Below the pieces are notes generated by a model. It was not told where the DNA came from and did not search any database. It saw only the letters and a list, made by a program, of their open reading frames with translations. The position numbers were made by a program, and so were the translations under genes. A DNA stretch of 64,000 bases, from positions 1-64,000 of IMG/VR virus record IMGVR_UViG_3300037882_003354; one strand, given 5' to 3'. Positions within the stretch are counted from its first letter, which is position 1. Every line of letters begins with the position of its first letter. Shown here one piece after another: positions 37,333 through 46,209 of the stretch.

Positions 37333-38548
37333 CGTCTGAATTTTCTTCGAATGTCATGGCAGCTGGCTGGCCAGTCACAGTGTCTTTGTTTACACAGATG
37401 CTTTTAAGACCCCGCTCCACTAGATTGACGGCATCAAATTGATAGGGCAACAGCGCACGCTCTATGATGTTCTTCAGGCCACGAGCATTGGTCTTCAATT
37501 CCTTGGCACGTTCTGCTATGTGAGTCAAGGCTGACTCTTCAAAAATTAGATCAATACCATCCAGCTCAAACATGTATTGATACTGGCGGATCAGACTGTT
37601 CTTGGGTTCTTTCAGCACGGTCACCAGATCGTCCACAGACAGTTCATCCACATTGGTTATCAGACCAAAACGTCCAACAAATTCTGGAATGAAACCAAAC
37701 TGTATGATGTCCTTGGTGGTCACCTGCTGATAAACTTTACTGTTGTTTTCCAAGTTGGCCACTGATGCATGAAAACCAATGCTGCGACTTTCCAGACGCT
37801 TGCTGATGATTTTGTCCAGGCCCACAAATGCACCACCACAGATGAACAGCATGTTGCGAGTGTCAATTTCTTGCATGTCACCACCGGGATGTTTGCGCTT
37901 GCCCGAATGCGGTACTCTGACAATGCCTCCCTCGATCATTTTAAGCAGGGCCTGCTGTACACCCTCTCCACTGACGTCGCGAGTGATGCTCATGTTTTCA
38001 CCCTTGCGAGCAATCTTGTCGATTTCGTCGATGTAAACAATGCCTCGGCTGGCCCTTTCAACGTCACCGTCGGCAGCGTTGATCAATCTGAGTATGATGC
38101 TTTCCACATCGTCGCCCACATAGCCGGCTTCTGTGATGCCAGTGGCGTCGCAGATGGCGAATGGTAGATCCAGGTAGTCGGCTATCTTTCTGGCCATGAG
38201 AGTTTTCCCGCAGCCAGTGGGCCCCAACAGCAACACGTTGGTTTTTTCCAACTCAATGTCCTTGCTGGGATTGTTGATGCGTTTGAAATGCTGGCTCACA
38301 GCCACACTGAGCACTGTCTTGGCATCTTCTTGGCCCACCACATAGTCGTCCAGGTAGTCCTTGATGGCAGTGGGATTCAGGGTCCGTTTCTCTGTGGGGT
38401 CGGCTTTACCTTTTTCATCATCCAGGATGCCCACACACAGACTGATACAATCGTTACAAATGGCGGCGTGCTCGCCCACGATTAGTTTTTCCACGTCTTC
38501 TTTGCTTTTTCCGCAAAAATCACACACATGATTAAGTTGTTTAGCCAC
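37319..38548 (-). CDS. clpX: Clp protease ATP-binding subunit
   Basis: CDFCGK zinc-binding domain; GPTGCGKT; IDEIDK; [12 protein letters not shown]; RKHP; IGF loop. Confidence 0.97.
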   Translation of the reverse strand: MAKQLNHVCDFCGKSKEDVEKLIVGEHAAICNDCISLCVGILDDEKGKADPTEKRTLNPTAIKDYLDDYVVGQEDAKTVLSVAVSQHFKRINNPSKDIELEKTNVLLLGPTGCGKTLMARKIADYLDLPFAICDATGITEAGYVGDDVESIILRLINAADGDVERASRGIVYIDEIDKIARKGENMSITRDVSGEGVQQALLKMIEGGIVRVPHSGKRKHPGGDMQEIDTRNMLFICGGAFVGLDKIISKRLESRSIGFHASVANLENNSKVYQQVTTKDIIQFGFIPEFVGRFGLITNVDELSVDDLVTVLKEPKNSLIRQYQYMFELDGIDLIFEESALTHIAERAKELKTNARGLKNIIERALLPYQFDAVNLVERGLKSICVNKDTVTGQPAAMTFEENSDDEAE

Positions 38549-38930
38549 CTAGTACTGTCTCCAAAAAACCCTCGATACTGCTCACTCGATTTTGACTGAT
38601 GTGACTGTATATCTCAGCCACCTGATCATTCTCTGTGTGATAATAAAAATCCTGTCGGCCCAGCAGGTAACCACTCAAGGATTGTGTGATTAAATTCAAG
38701 CTGTCCAGGTTCAAGTACTTGTGTTCACAGCGAGCGGCTGCATACAAAAACCATGATATATTGTGTTCACCGTCATATACATAGATGTTTAAATCCTGGT
38801 CAAAATTGGATTTAGCCAACCATTGACTGGCTGCATCTTGTTCTTGATCGCTCAGATGAACCAGTAGTATGCTGAGATCCCCTGTCTCAAAAAAATCAGG
38901 AGGCGTGATTAGTTTTATTGTTCCCTGCAT
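38541..38930 (-). CDS. Hypothetical protein
   Basis: 129 aa; coupled. Confidence 0.7.
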   Translation of the reverse strand: MQGTIKLITPPDFFETGDLSILLVHLSDQEQDAASQWLAKSNFDQDLNIYVYDGEHNISWFLYAAARCEHKYLNLDSLNLITQSLSGYLLGRQDFYYHTENDQVAEIYSHISQNRVSSIEGFLETVLGG

Positions 38931-38931
38931 G

Positions 38932-40227
38932 TCATATCCTTGATTTCACGGACTGTTGCAGCGATCGCGGCACTTCGTCCAGTTCTAAATGTCCTGACTT
39001 TACAAGTTCCACGATTTCGTCAATGTAATCTTCCAGTTTGGAAAGACTGATGTCCTGATAATGTTCCCTGCTGATGGATTCCATGGTGTTGGTCCATTGG
39101 TTGCTTTGTTGTTGTTCTTCATTTTGTACATAATCGTGCGTCAAAGGTTCTGTGCCAGTGGATTCAGAAACCACATCTCCTGCCTGCTCAGGGCGGTCAT
39201 CTTCCCGAACTTCAGGTGGGCATACCTGTGGGCCGGCATGTACCCAACCAGCAGGCATCTTCCAAAAACTATCTCCTTGAAAAAGATAGGGATGACGCTC
39301 CACCAGGGTGAGTTCTGGTTCAACCACAGGTGTCGCCACCGGGCCAGCATCTGCCAGAGTGGCATCTGGTTCAACCTCTTGATCTGTGACAGTGAGCGGC
39401 TGTGGGTCTATGACTGCTTGGGTCTCTGCAGGGCTGTCACCCTCCTCAATTCTTTTCTTGAAGTTCTGAAAACTCACCTGGCTGGCCAACAGCAATATTA
39501 TAGCCAGTGGGTCAAATACCACAATCAGAGTGATGATGATCCAGGTCACTGACTTTTCCATGATGGCTGTATCAGTGGCACCATAAAAGAATGCCGCGAT
39601 GTAACGAATGGGCCCCACTTCTGCATCAACTGCACGTACTTCGGCGGCAATGGGTGCCCGTTGCTGATTCAGTTCCTGTATGATCTGTTGTGAGCTAGTG
39701 ATTTCGGACATCAGTCTGCTGCGTTCCTTGGACTGTGATTTTCTCACAACCACAGCACGATTGGCACCTGTTTCAGTAGTACTACGAGACATCACTTGGT
39801 CCACTGCTGTGTCCATTTGCTGGAGTGCTCGTCGATTGGCATCAATATTTTCTTTTTCAGTCTGGATCTTTTCATCGTAGATGGCAATCCTGGACATGAC
39901 ATCTCCTGACACCAGACTCTGATCACTGTGTGCCTTGCTCAGGAATCCAAAAATGCCCAGACTGGTGATCAGCATCAATACTATGATGGCAATGATCAGG
40001 TATGCCTTGATGGTGTAGTGCGTAATGGACCAGTTTTGCTTGAGCCAGACTGTGGCAATGAGTTTGCTGATCTCCAGGGTGACACCCATGATGATGATGG
40101 GTATCACGGCGGCAGAGAAGATGGCAGTGAGCCCAGACACTGAATAATAGACTGCCACTGCGGATATGGATAGCCCACTCAACAGGGCCAGGTATGCAAT
40201 CAGTCTTTCATTAAATGTTGGTTTCAT
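38932..40227 (-). CDS. Multi-TM coiled-coil membrane protein
   Basis: Several TM helices; GIFGFLSKAH, EVGPIRYIA, VFDPLA. Confidence 0.8.
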   Translation of the reverse strand: MKPTFNERLIAYLALLSGLSISAVAVYYSVSGLTAIFSAAVIPIIIMGVTLEISKLIATVWLKQNWSITHYTIKAYLIIAIIVLMLITSLGIFGFLSKAHSDQSLVSGDVMSRIAIYDEKIQTEKENIDANRRALQQMDTAVDQVMSRSTTETGANRAVVVRKSQSKERSRLMSEITSSQQIIQELNQQRAPIAAEVRAVDAEVGPIRYIAAFFYGATDTAIMEKSVTWIIITLIVVFDPLAIILLLASQVSFQNFKKRIEEGDSPAETQAVIDPQPLTVTDQEVEPDATLADAGPVATPVVEPELTLVERHPYLFQGDSFWKMPAGWVHAGPQVCPPEVREDDRPEQAGDVVSESTGTEPLTHDYVQNEEQQQSNQWTNTMESISREHYQDISLSKLEDYIDEIVELVKSGHLELDEVPRSLQQSVKSRI

Positions 40228-40248
40228 AGTGTATTTATTACAAGCAAT

Positions 40249-40626
40249 TTATCGACGCATTTTACTAATGTCGATGGCATCTTGACGGGAGAATACAGGT
40301 ACTGCATTACTTTTATGAAGTGTGGAAATGCCAATGATCTTGTCACCAGTGTACACAGGTGCGGCTTTCTTGGTACAAGGCACCCAACCAGTATTCAGGC
40401 TGGGGATCTTGGGTTCTGCCAGGCGGCGGTTGGGTTCAGTCACCCAGACTTCAGCAGACATGGCGCGGCGTCGCCGCTTGTCTTCAGCCTCCACACCCCA
40501 CTTCTTTTGCAGAGCTTGCCACTCTCGATCCAATTGTGCTGCTCGTTGTTTGTCTGCAGACGATGCAAACTTGTGTTTGCCCTTTTTTTTACCCGTGGTA
40601 TTCAATGCTGGATGTGCTAGGCTCAT
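40249..40626 (-). CDS. Basic phage hypothetical protein
   Basis: YTGDKIIGISTLHKSNAVPVF; sigma70 promoter at 40655-40683 (TTGACC-17-TATAAT). Confidence 0.7.
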   Translation of the reverse strand: MSLAHPALNTTGKKKGKHKFASSADKQRAAQLDREWQALQKKWGVEAEDKRRRRAMSAEVWVTEPNRRLAEPKIPSLNTGWVPCTKKAAPVYTGDKIIGISTLHKSNAVPVFSRQDAIDISKMRR

Positions 40627-40709
40627 GTGCGGTGTCTCGGTTGATTGTTGTACTATTATACTGGATACTGGACACTGGGTCAATGTGTCACCAGGCGTAG
40701 CTCACAGGT

Positions 40710-40737
40710 AAAAATAGGACCCGAAGGTCCTATTTTA
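40710..40737. terminator. Bidirectional intrinsic terminator
   Basis: AAAATAGGACC-CGAA-GGTCCTATTTT. Confidence 0.85.
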
Positions 40738-40756
40738 TTATTTCACCCGACTATTC

Positions 40757-41203
40757 TCAGAAAGAATATTTAAGACCAGCGGTGATTCGATTGCCGTTAA
40801 AATCACGCACTCGTGATTGGCCACGCTGATAGGAATAATCCAAAGTGGCTTTGACTTGGTCAAACACTGGAATTTCAGCACCAACACCCACCAGTGCAGC
40901 GCCACCATCAGACACGATGCCGTTTTCAAGATATGCAAAACCCGCCTTGACCGACAGTTCAACTGGTCCAACTTTTGTCACCTGGTAACTGCCCAGCAGG
41001 CTCCAGCGACTCTGATCATTGTCACCAGTGGTGCTACGATCAAAACCACCAGTTACGCCAAATGCACCGAACCGCTCACCCAGAGTGACACCGACGGAAT
41101 TGCGTTCACTACCAAAATCTCGAGCAGCAGTCACGCCCATTTCCAGTGCGCTGGCAGCAGTTGCCGACAGTGCGATTAACGATGCAATTACAATTTTCTT
41201 CAT
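40757..41203 (-). CDS. Outer-membrane beta-barrel protein (OmpA/Ail-like)
   Basis: Sec signal; alternating beta strands; C-terminal GLKYSF. Confidence 0.85.
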   Translation of the reverse strand: MKKIVIASLIALSATAASALEMGVTAARDFGSERNSVGVTLGERFGAFGVTGGFDRSTTGDNDQSRWSLLGSYQVTKVGPVELSVKAGFAYLENGIVSDGGAALVGVGAEIPVFDQVKATLDYSYQRGQSRVRDFNGNRITAGLKYSF

Positions 41204-41344
41204 GTTTAAGTTTCCTTTGAAATAATGATCTCAATGATCATTGTATATTATGTATCCTTTTGCTGACAATAGCAAGCGGAATCGGAAAAAACTGGTTACG
41301 GGTTCCAGCGCAGCCCAATTAGTTGCTGCCGATTTGACATGACT

Positions 41345-41378
41345 ATAATAACATGCAGTTGTTACACCATTGTTAAAC
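41345..41378 (-). promoter_or_regulatory. Pho-box-like promoter
   Basis: GTTTAAC-AATG-GTGTAAC-10 nt-TATTAT, matching PhoB promoter geometry. Confidence 0.5.
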
Positions 41379-42368
41379 GAGATTTTCCTTGAAGATGTTC
41401 CAGCAATGGTCCCAACTCCATTGCCGACTGTGCCGCTCCACCTGCTGTCTGTCCAGGGTCAGGCACTGATTGATGGCCCTGCGGAGATCCTGGTCTAGAC
41501 ATCCAGTGACACCTGACTCAATGATGTCCAGAGGGCCAGGCACAGGATATGCAGCCACCGGTGTACCCACTGCAAGTGCCTCGATGATCACCACCCCAAA
41601 CGTATCGTGGCGGCTGGTGAACACAAATACATCTGCCTGTGCGTAATACCGTGCCAGGCTGGTGCCTGTTTTTGCTCCGGTAAAAATAACATCGGGGTAA
41701 CGACTTTTCAGCTGGTTCAAGTATGGACCATCGCCCACCACTATCTTGGTGGCACCCGGATAGTACAGATTGCAGAAGTCATCCAGACCCTTCTCCTTGC
41801 TGATGCGGCCCACGCTGAGTAATATGGGACGGCCAGCCACTGTGGTGCCGCGCAGACTACTCTGAAATACATCACGATCCACACCCCGCGTCCAGGGAAT
41901 GATGTCACCGTCAAATCCGTGAGATCTGAGATCATTGACCATGGTCTGGGTGGTGGTCAGTACCCGTCCACTATGCTTGTGAAACCAGCGCACATACCAA
42001 TAGGTCATGAACATGGGAATGCCATAGATCTTTTTTAGGAATTCGGGAAATTTAGTATGATAGGAAGTGTTATAGCGCCGGCCACACAGATCCATCCAGC
42101 AACGTGCCGCCAGGCCAATAGGCCCCTCCGTAGCAATATGTATGTGATCAGCCCCCACCGCCGCAATCTTCTTGCCAATGCGCCAGGGCCAACTGAGTTT
42201 AACTTCAGGATAACCAGGGGTACTAATATGAGGGAACTGCCGGGGATCAAGATAAACAATATCGTACCCGTCATGACCTGCGCATATCTCAATGTTTTTG
42301 AACGTGGTGACAACGCCATTTAGTTGGTCAGGTAGATTGTCTGTTATTACTAGTATCTTTTTTCTCAT
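41373..42368 (-). CDS. GT4 glycosyltransferase, Agt-like diacylglycerol glycosyltransferase
   Basis: ITD...QLNGVVTT, YPEVKL, HIATEGPIG, YHTKFPE, RGVD, VGRISKEK, DTFGVVIIEALA. Confidence 0.85.
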   Translation of the reverse strand: MRKKILVITDNLPDQLNGVVTTFKNIEICAGHDGYDIVYLDPRQFPHISTPGYPEVKLSWPWRIGKKIAAVGADHIHIATEGPIGLAARCWMDLCGRRYNTSYHTKFPEFLKKIYGIPMFMTYWYVRWFHKHSGRVLTTTQTMVNDLRSHGFDGDIIPWTRGVDRDVFQSSLRGTTVAGRPILLSVGRISKEKGLDDFCNLYYPGATKIVVGDGPYLNQLKSRYPDVIFTGAKTGTSLARYYAQADVFVFTSRHDTFGVVIIEALAVGTPVAAYPVPGPLDIIESGVTGCLDQDLRRAINQCLTLDRQQVERHSRQWSWDHCWNIFKENLV

Positions 42369-43125
42369 CTTGTTCTGTTGTCCAAGTTATGATTTCCCAT
42401 GTGCCGTCATGATGTTCCACCAGGGCTGTGCATGATTCCACCCAGTCGCCATCATTCATGTAGGTGACGCCGTCTATTTCTTTTATTTCAGCATGGTGTA
42501 TGTGACCACAGATGACCCCATCATATCCACGCTTCTTGCAGTAGGCAGCCAGATTTTTTTCAAATCGGAATATGAAATCCACTGCCTTCTTCACACGTTG
42601 CTTGAGATACTGGCTCAGGCTCCAGTAACCAAATCCCAGGCGATGACGCAGCCAATTGAATTTGGTATTGAAACTCAGCATGAAATCGTAGGCTTTGTCG
42701 CCCAGGAACACCAGCCAGGGCGCCAGTCTGGTGATGCCATCAAATAAATCTCCGTGGGTCACCAGATAATGCTTGCCGTCCAGTCCAATATGCTCCACTT
42801 GGTTGGCTATTTCGATATTGCCAAATCCAATGTCATAGGGCATGAGCGGTCTTAAGAATTCATCGTGGTTACCGGCAATATAAATTACTCGGGTGCCGCG
42901 CTTGGAATGTCCAAGTATGCGTCGAACCACATTGGTGTGGCTTTGTTTCCATCGCCATTTGTTTTGTTGAATCTTCCAAATGTCCAGGATGTCGCCCACC
43001 AGATAAAGCGTTTCGCAGGTGTTGTGTTTGAGAAAGTTGTTGAGTTTGTCTGCTTGACAATCTCTTGTACCTAAGTGCACATCACTGATTGCTATTGTCC
43101 TATATTTTTTTTTATTTTTTGGCAT
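42328..43125 (-). CDS. LpxH-family metallophosphoesterase, PlcP-like phospholipase C
   Basis: ISDVHLG, LVGDILD.W, GNHDE, HGDLFD, CGHIH, NDGDWVESCTALVE. Confidence 0.85.
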   Translation of the reverse strand: MPKNKKKYRTIAISDVHLGTRDCQADKLNNFLKHNTCETLYLVGDILDIWKIQQNKWRWKQSHTNVVRRILGHSKRGTRVIYIAGNHDEFLRPLMPYDIGFGNIEIANQVEHIGLDGKHYLVTHGDLFDGITRLAPWLVFLGDKAYDFMLSFNTKFNWLRHRLGFGYWSLSQYLKQRVKKAVDFIFRFEKNLAAYCKKRGYDGVICGHIHHAEIKEIDGVTYMNDGDWVESCTALVEHHDGTWEIITWTTEQDEKKDTSNNRQST

Positions 43126-43192
43126 AAATAAAGTTGTAGTTCGCGATACTGGAAATATCCAACTACCCTAATGCTTGAAAGGAGCAGTCAGC

Positions 43193-43879
43193 ATGAGTAT
43201 TTATAAAGAAGTTCGTTACAGGAATATTACAACTAACGGACATTATATCTATGCCTATTTAAGAGAAGACGGCACACCTTATTATATAGGTAAAGGGCAA
43301 CGATATAGAGCCTGGATGAATCATCGAGTGAATAACAAGGGTGTTCATACACCCACCGATTTATTTCGTGTAGTTATTATGGAAGAAAATCTAACCGACC
43401 TTGGAGCATCTGCTTTAGAAAGATTTTACATAAGATGGTATGGTCGTAAAGATTTAGGAACAGGAACACTACACAATAGGACCGATGGTGGTGATGGCGG
43501 TAGCAATGACTCGGAGGAAACTCGTCGCAAAAAAGCAAGGCCAGGAAAACTAAACGGAATGTATGGTAAGAAGCGTCCGCCAGAACTCATTGCCAAATTA
43601 GTTGCTGCAAGTGTTGCTAATTCAAAAGGTAAAACTTACGAAGAAATATACGGAGAAGAGCGGGCGCAGGAAATAAAACAGGCTCGTTCAGTAGCACTAC
43701 AAAAACCTAAGTCTGATGCTCACAAAGAAAAGTGTAGAGAAAACGGTATGAAGGGTGCCTTAAAGATTGGCGCCACACGTAAAGGAAAAACGGCAGAAGA
43801 AATCTACGGCCCAGAAAAAGCACGTTCTATGGTTGAAAAAAGATTAGCAACATTAGCCAAGAAAAGTACTACTAAATGA
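43193..43879 (+). CDS. GIY-YIG-like homing endonuclease
   Basis: [30 protein letters not shown]; [10 protein letters not shown] x2. Confidence 0.85.
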   Translation: MSIYKEVRYRNITTNGHYIYAYLREDGTPYYIGKGQRYRAWMNHRVNNKGVHTPTDLFRVVIMEENLTDLGASALERFYIRWYGRKDLGTGTLHNRTDGGDGGSNDSEETRRKKARPGKLNGMYGKKRPPELIAKLVAASVANSKGKTYEEIYGEERAQEIKQARSVALQKPKSDAHKEKCRENGMKGALKIGATRKGKTAEEIYGPEKARSMVEKRLATLAKKSTTK

Positions 43880-44054
43880 ACCAGTTGCATGTCTTGAGTA
43901 TTTTGATGATCCTGTCTTCACTAGTGTGATGCATTCTGGCAGCCATGGTGATGAATTCAGCACCGCGCGACCTATACTCATCGTTACCCTGCTGCCAGCA
44001 TTGGTACATGTTTTTTAATTCATCCGCAGTCATGCTACAATGAGTTTTCTGCAT
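43872..44054 (-). CDS. Small hypothetical protein
   Basis: 60 aa; ATAAATA upstream. Confidence 0.5.
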   Translation of the reverse strand: MQKTHCSMTADELKNMYQCWQQGNDEYRSRGAEFITMAARMHHTSEDRIIKILKTCNWFI

Positions 44055-44098
44055 AGCAGTATTTATCGCTCTAGAGTGTATGTAATGTTACAGTTGGG

Positions 44099-44734
44099 TT
44101 AAATCTGTGTCACAGTGATTACCGCACTAGGAATAGCAGGTCTCACATACGGTACAGTCTGTGCGGCGGTAAATTCAAGTTTTATGTCATCAACACGACT
44201 TAGAGCAAACTTCAGTTGAATATAGTCGTTGGCGTTGATGTTGTGAAGTAACCACGGTTTATTAAAAGTCTGATATACTGGATTAACCCCCTGTCTCAGC
44301 GAAATCTTTACAGCAGATTCTGCGATATCATTGCCATTCCTTGCCAACCAAAGAAACACATTTCTTTCAGCATTGCCGGTTATTTTTACTATCATTTCCA
44401 ACATAACCAAATAATCACCAGCAGTGTCAATGTTTAATCGAGTGGGTTGACCTGATATTACAGTGACGCCCGAATCCCCAACATGTTGCGTGACATCTGT
44501 AAACCAATCAAACTCATATATAGTATCAGCGGCCACAGCCGTGACATCTGCCATTTTGTGAAAACAACCGTGAACACCTTGAACATTGCTACCAATTGGT
44601 AGGCCGCCGGCAGTAGATCCATTAGAAATTCTTAAATTTGTTGCGGCCGGATCATAAAATATCTCGCCTGTTCGGCCCACATAAGCACCTGCGGTGCCCG
44701 ATACTGCTTTATTTACGAGTTTCCTTACAGTCAT
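44099..44734 (-). CDS. Fibre/C1q-like hypothetical protein
   Basis: GEIFYD...LRISNG.T.GG anchor-like motif; AGDY..., ANDYIQL, PSAVITV. Confidence 0.65.
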   Translation of the reverse strand: MTVRKLVNKAVSGTAGAYVGRTGEIFYDPAATNLRISNGSTAGGLPIGSNVQGVHGCFHKMADVTAVAADTIYEFDWFTDVTQHVGDSGVTVISGQPTRLNIDTAGDYLVMLEMIVKITGNAERNVFLWLARNGNDIAESAVKISLRQGVNPVYQTFNKPWLLHNINANDYIQLKFALSRVDDIKLEFTAAQTVPYVRPAIPSAVITVTQI

Positions 44735-44767
44735 ATACTATCCTTTTATTCTATAATATATTTAGTC

Positions 44768-44794
44768 AAAAGAAAGGGCTACCGAAGTAGCCCT
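44768..44794 (-). terminator. Intrinsic terminator
   Basis: AGGGCTAC-TTCG-GTAGCCCT followed by a U-rich tract. Confidence 0.8.
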
Positions 44795-44818
44795 ACTGTG
44801 TGTAATGTTACAGTTGCG

Positions 44819-44977
44819 TTAAATCTGTACCAAAGTCCAGTTGACTGTAAATGGCTTGCCCTTGGCTTTGCGTTTTAAGATTTTTTCAAACTCAAGTTTC
44901 TTGAGTTGAGCAATCCGGTCGGCATTGTGTTCGAGACAGGCTTGATACAGTTTTTTTATCAGTTTACGTTGTTTCAT
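44819..44977 (-). CDS. 52-aa basic protein (not in the ORF track)
   Basis: [14 protein letters not shown]...WTLVQI. Confidence 0.55.
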   Translation of the reverse strand: MKQRKLIKKLYQACLEHNADRIAQLKKLEFEKILKRKAKGKPFTVNWTLVQI

Positions 44978-45032
44978 GATTTGCCCCTTCGCTATAGTAT
45001 AAACTATTTATATAGAAGGAGCAAATTATTCA

Positions 45033-45182
45033 TCAAACCTTGGCAGGTTCGCTGGCAACAGGTGCTGCAGGTACTGTAGGCACCTCAAAGGCTGGTGCAG
45101 GTGCGGCCTCAGGTGCCTTGCCACAAGCGACAAGAGCAGCAGCGGCGATCAGGGTGGCGATAGTAGTTACAATTGATTTCAT
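45033..45182 (-). CDS. Small lipoprotein
   Basis: MKSIV...ALVACGK lipobox; Ala/Pro-rich; GGAG RBS. Confidence 0.7.
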   Translation of the reverse strand: MKSIVTTIATLIAAAALVACGKAPEAAPAPAFEVPTVPAAPVASEPAKV

Positions 45183-45267
45183 GTTTTCTCCAGGGTTATG
45201 AAATGTCACATGTATAATGTAGCATGATGTCATGATTAATGCTAGTGTTTTTTAAAATATTTTCATC

Positions 45268-45580
45268 AAAAGAATGGGCCCCGAGGAACCCATTCACTAT
45301 TTCCTGTTTCTAGGGATAGTTCCCCAATGATGGTTTAAGCGGCCATCAAATATGCATCATCATTAGCTGCATTTAAAGGTTTTGCTTGATTGACAGTCAT
45401 CGCCTACTGTGTTGCCTGCTCCACTATCTCGCGCAATCGAAAACCTGGTCATCCCCATCAAAAGCACTCCCACGGTTTATCTGTCCGTTGCCAGCATACT
45501 ATGTACCTGGATGAAAATGCTTTTGGTGGAGATGGGCGGAATCGAACCGCCGTCTTGCCCGCCTTTGTTTTGCCGGAATT
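45268..45580 (-). ncRNA. ssrA: Circularly permuted (two-piece) tmRNA gene
   Basis: Acceptor piece GGCGGTTCGATTCCGCCCATCTCCACCA ends at 45524 and precedes the coding piece starting GGGGATG at 45456; G3-U70 pair; tag ORF 45370-45335 AANDDAYLMAA*; terminator 45268-45295. Confidence 0.92.
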
Positions 45581-45602
45581 ACAACAATTAAGAATATTTA
45601 GT

Positions 45603-46094
45603 CTACACTGGTTTGCCGTCTGCGTCAACTTCCACCCAGGTGTAATCTCCCAACCACATGACTCGGGCAATGTACTCATATTCGTCAGGAATGAACCAAT
45701 GGTCAGGATCAGTGATCACCAGCCGAGTAATGTTTTTCCTGGAATCAAAAACCAACCAGTAGGGTCGGCCGTGGCACACCTGAAACTGGTATTCAGCAGC
45801 ATGCACCTGATCTGTGATCATCAAGCGACGCTGAATGGCCTGCGCCTGTCGTTCCAGCACCCGTACCATGTCCATGATTCTGTCATACTCTTGCTGTGCG
45901 TACATCCTGGCCACATTGAGCATGACGTCCTTCTGCTGGGTCACTGGCACCAGATCAAACTTAGGACCACCTGCTTCAGTGGGGTAGGGACTCACATTCC
46001 TGTTGAAGAACGTCACCATGGCACCGTCGATTCGGGCGTCGTAACTGGTCCGGCCCTTGGCCAGATTGGATTTTTCTTCAGGATCAGGGTTCAT
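45603..46094 (-). CDS. DUF2452-like protein
   Basis: YPTEAGGPKF..VPV; QQEYDRI. Confidence 0.65.
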   Translation of the reverse strand: MNPDPEEKSNLAKGRTSYDARIDGAMVTFFNRNVSPYPTEAGGPKFDLVPVTQQKDVMLNVARMYAQQEYDRIMDMVRVLERQAQAIQRRLMITDQVHAAEYQFQVCHGRPYWLVFDSRKNITRLVITDPDHWFIPDEYEYIARVMWLGDYTWVEVDADGKPV

Positions 46095-46209
46095 GAATTG
46101 TTCTATTCGGTTGGCGGACTCCCTGGGGCGGCTGGGTCCTCCGCCTAGACAAGTAGCCTCTCACTACCACAATTGGCTATGCCAATTTACCCCCAAAGAT
46201 CTAGTTTAT

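Larger units (their letters stand above)
44081..44828. repeat. 28-bp direct repeat (44081-44108 and 44801-44828) flanking a gene cassette
   Basis: TGTAATGTTACAGTTGSGTTAAATCTGT, one mismatch. Confidence 0.85.

Noticed and set aside
45524-45563. Stand-alone tRNA-Ala
   Set aside because: No anticodon or D arm upstream; the 5' acceptor strand lies downstream, so this is a permuted tmRNA
45390-46148. 252-aa + strand ORF
   Set aside because: Antisense to the tmRNA and the DUF2452-like gene; no motifs
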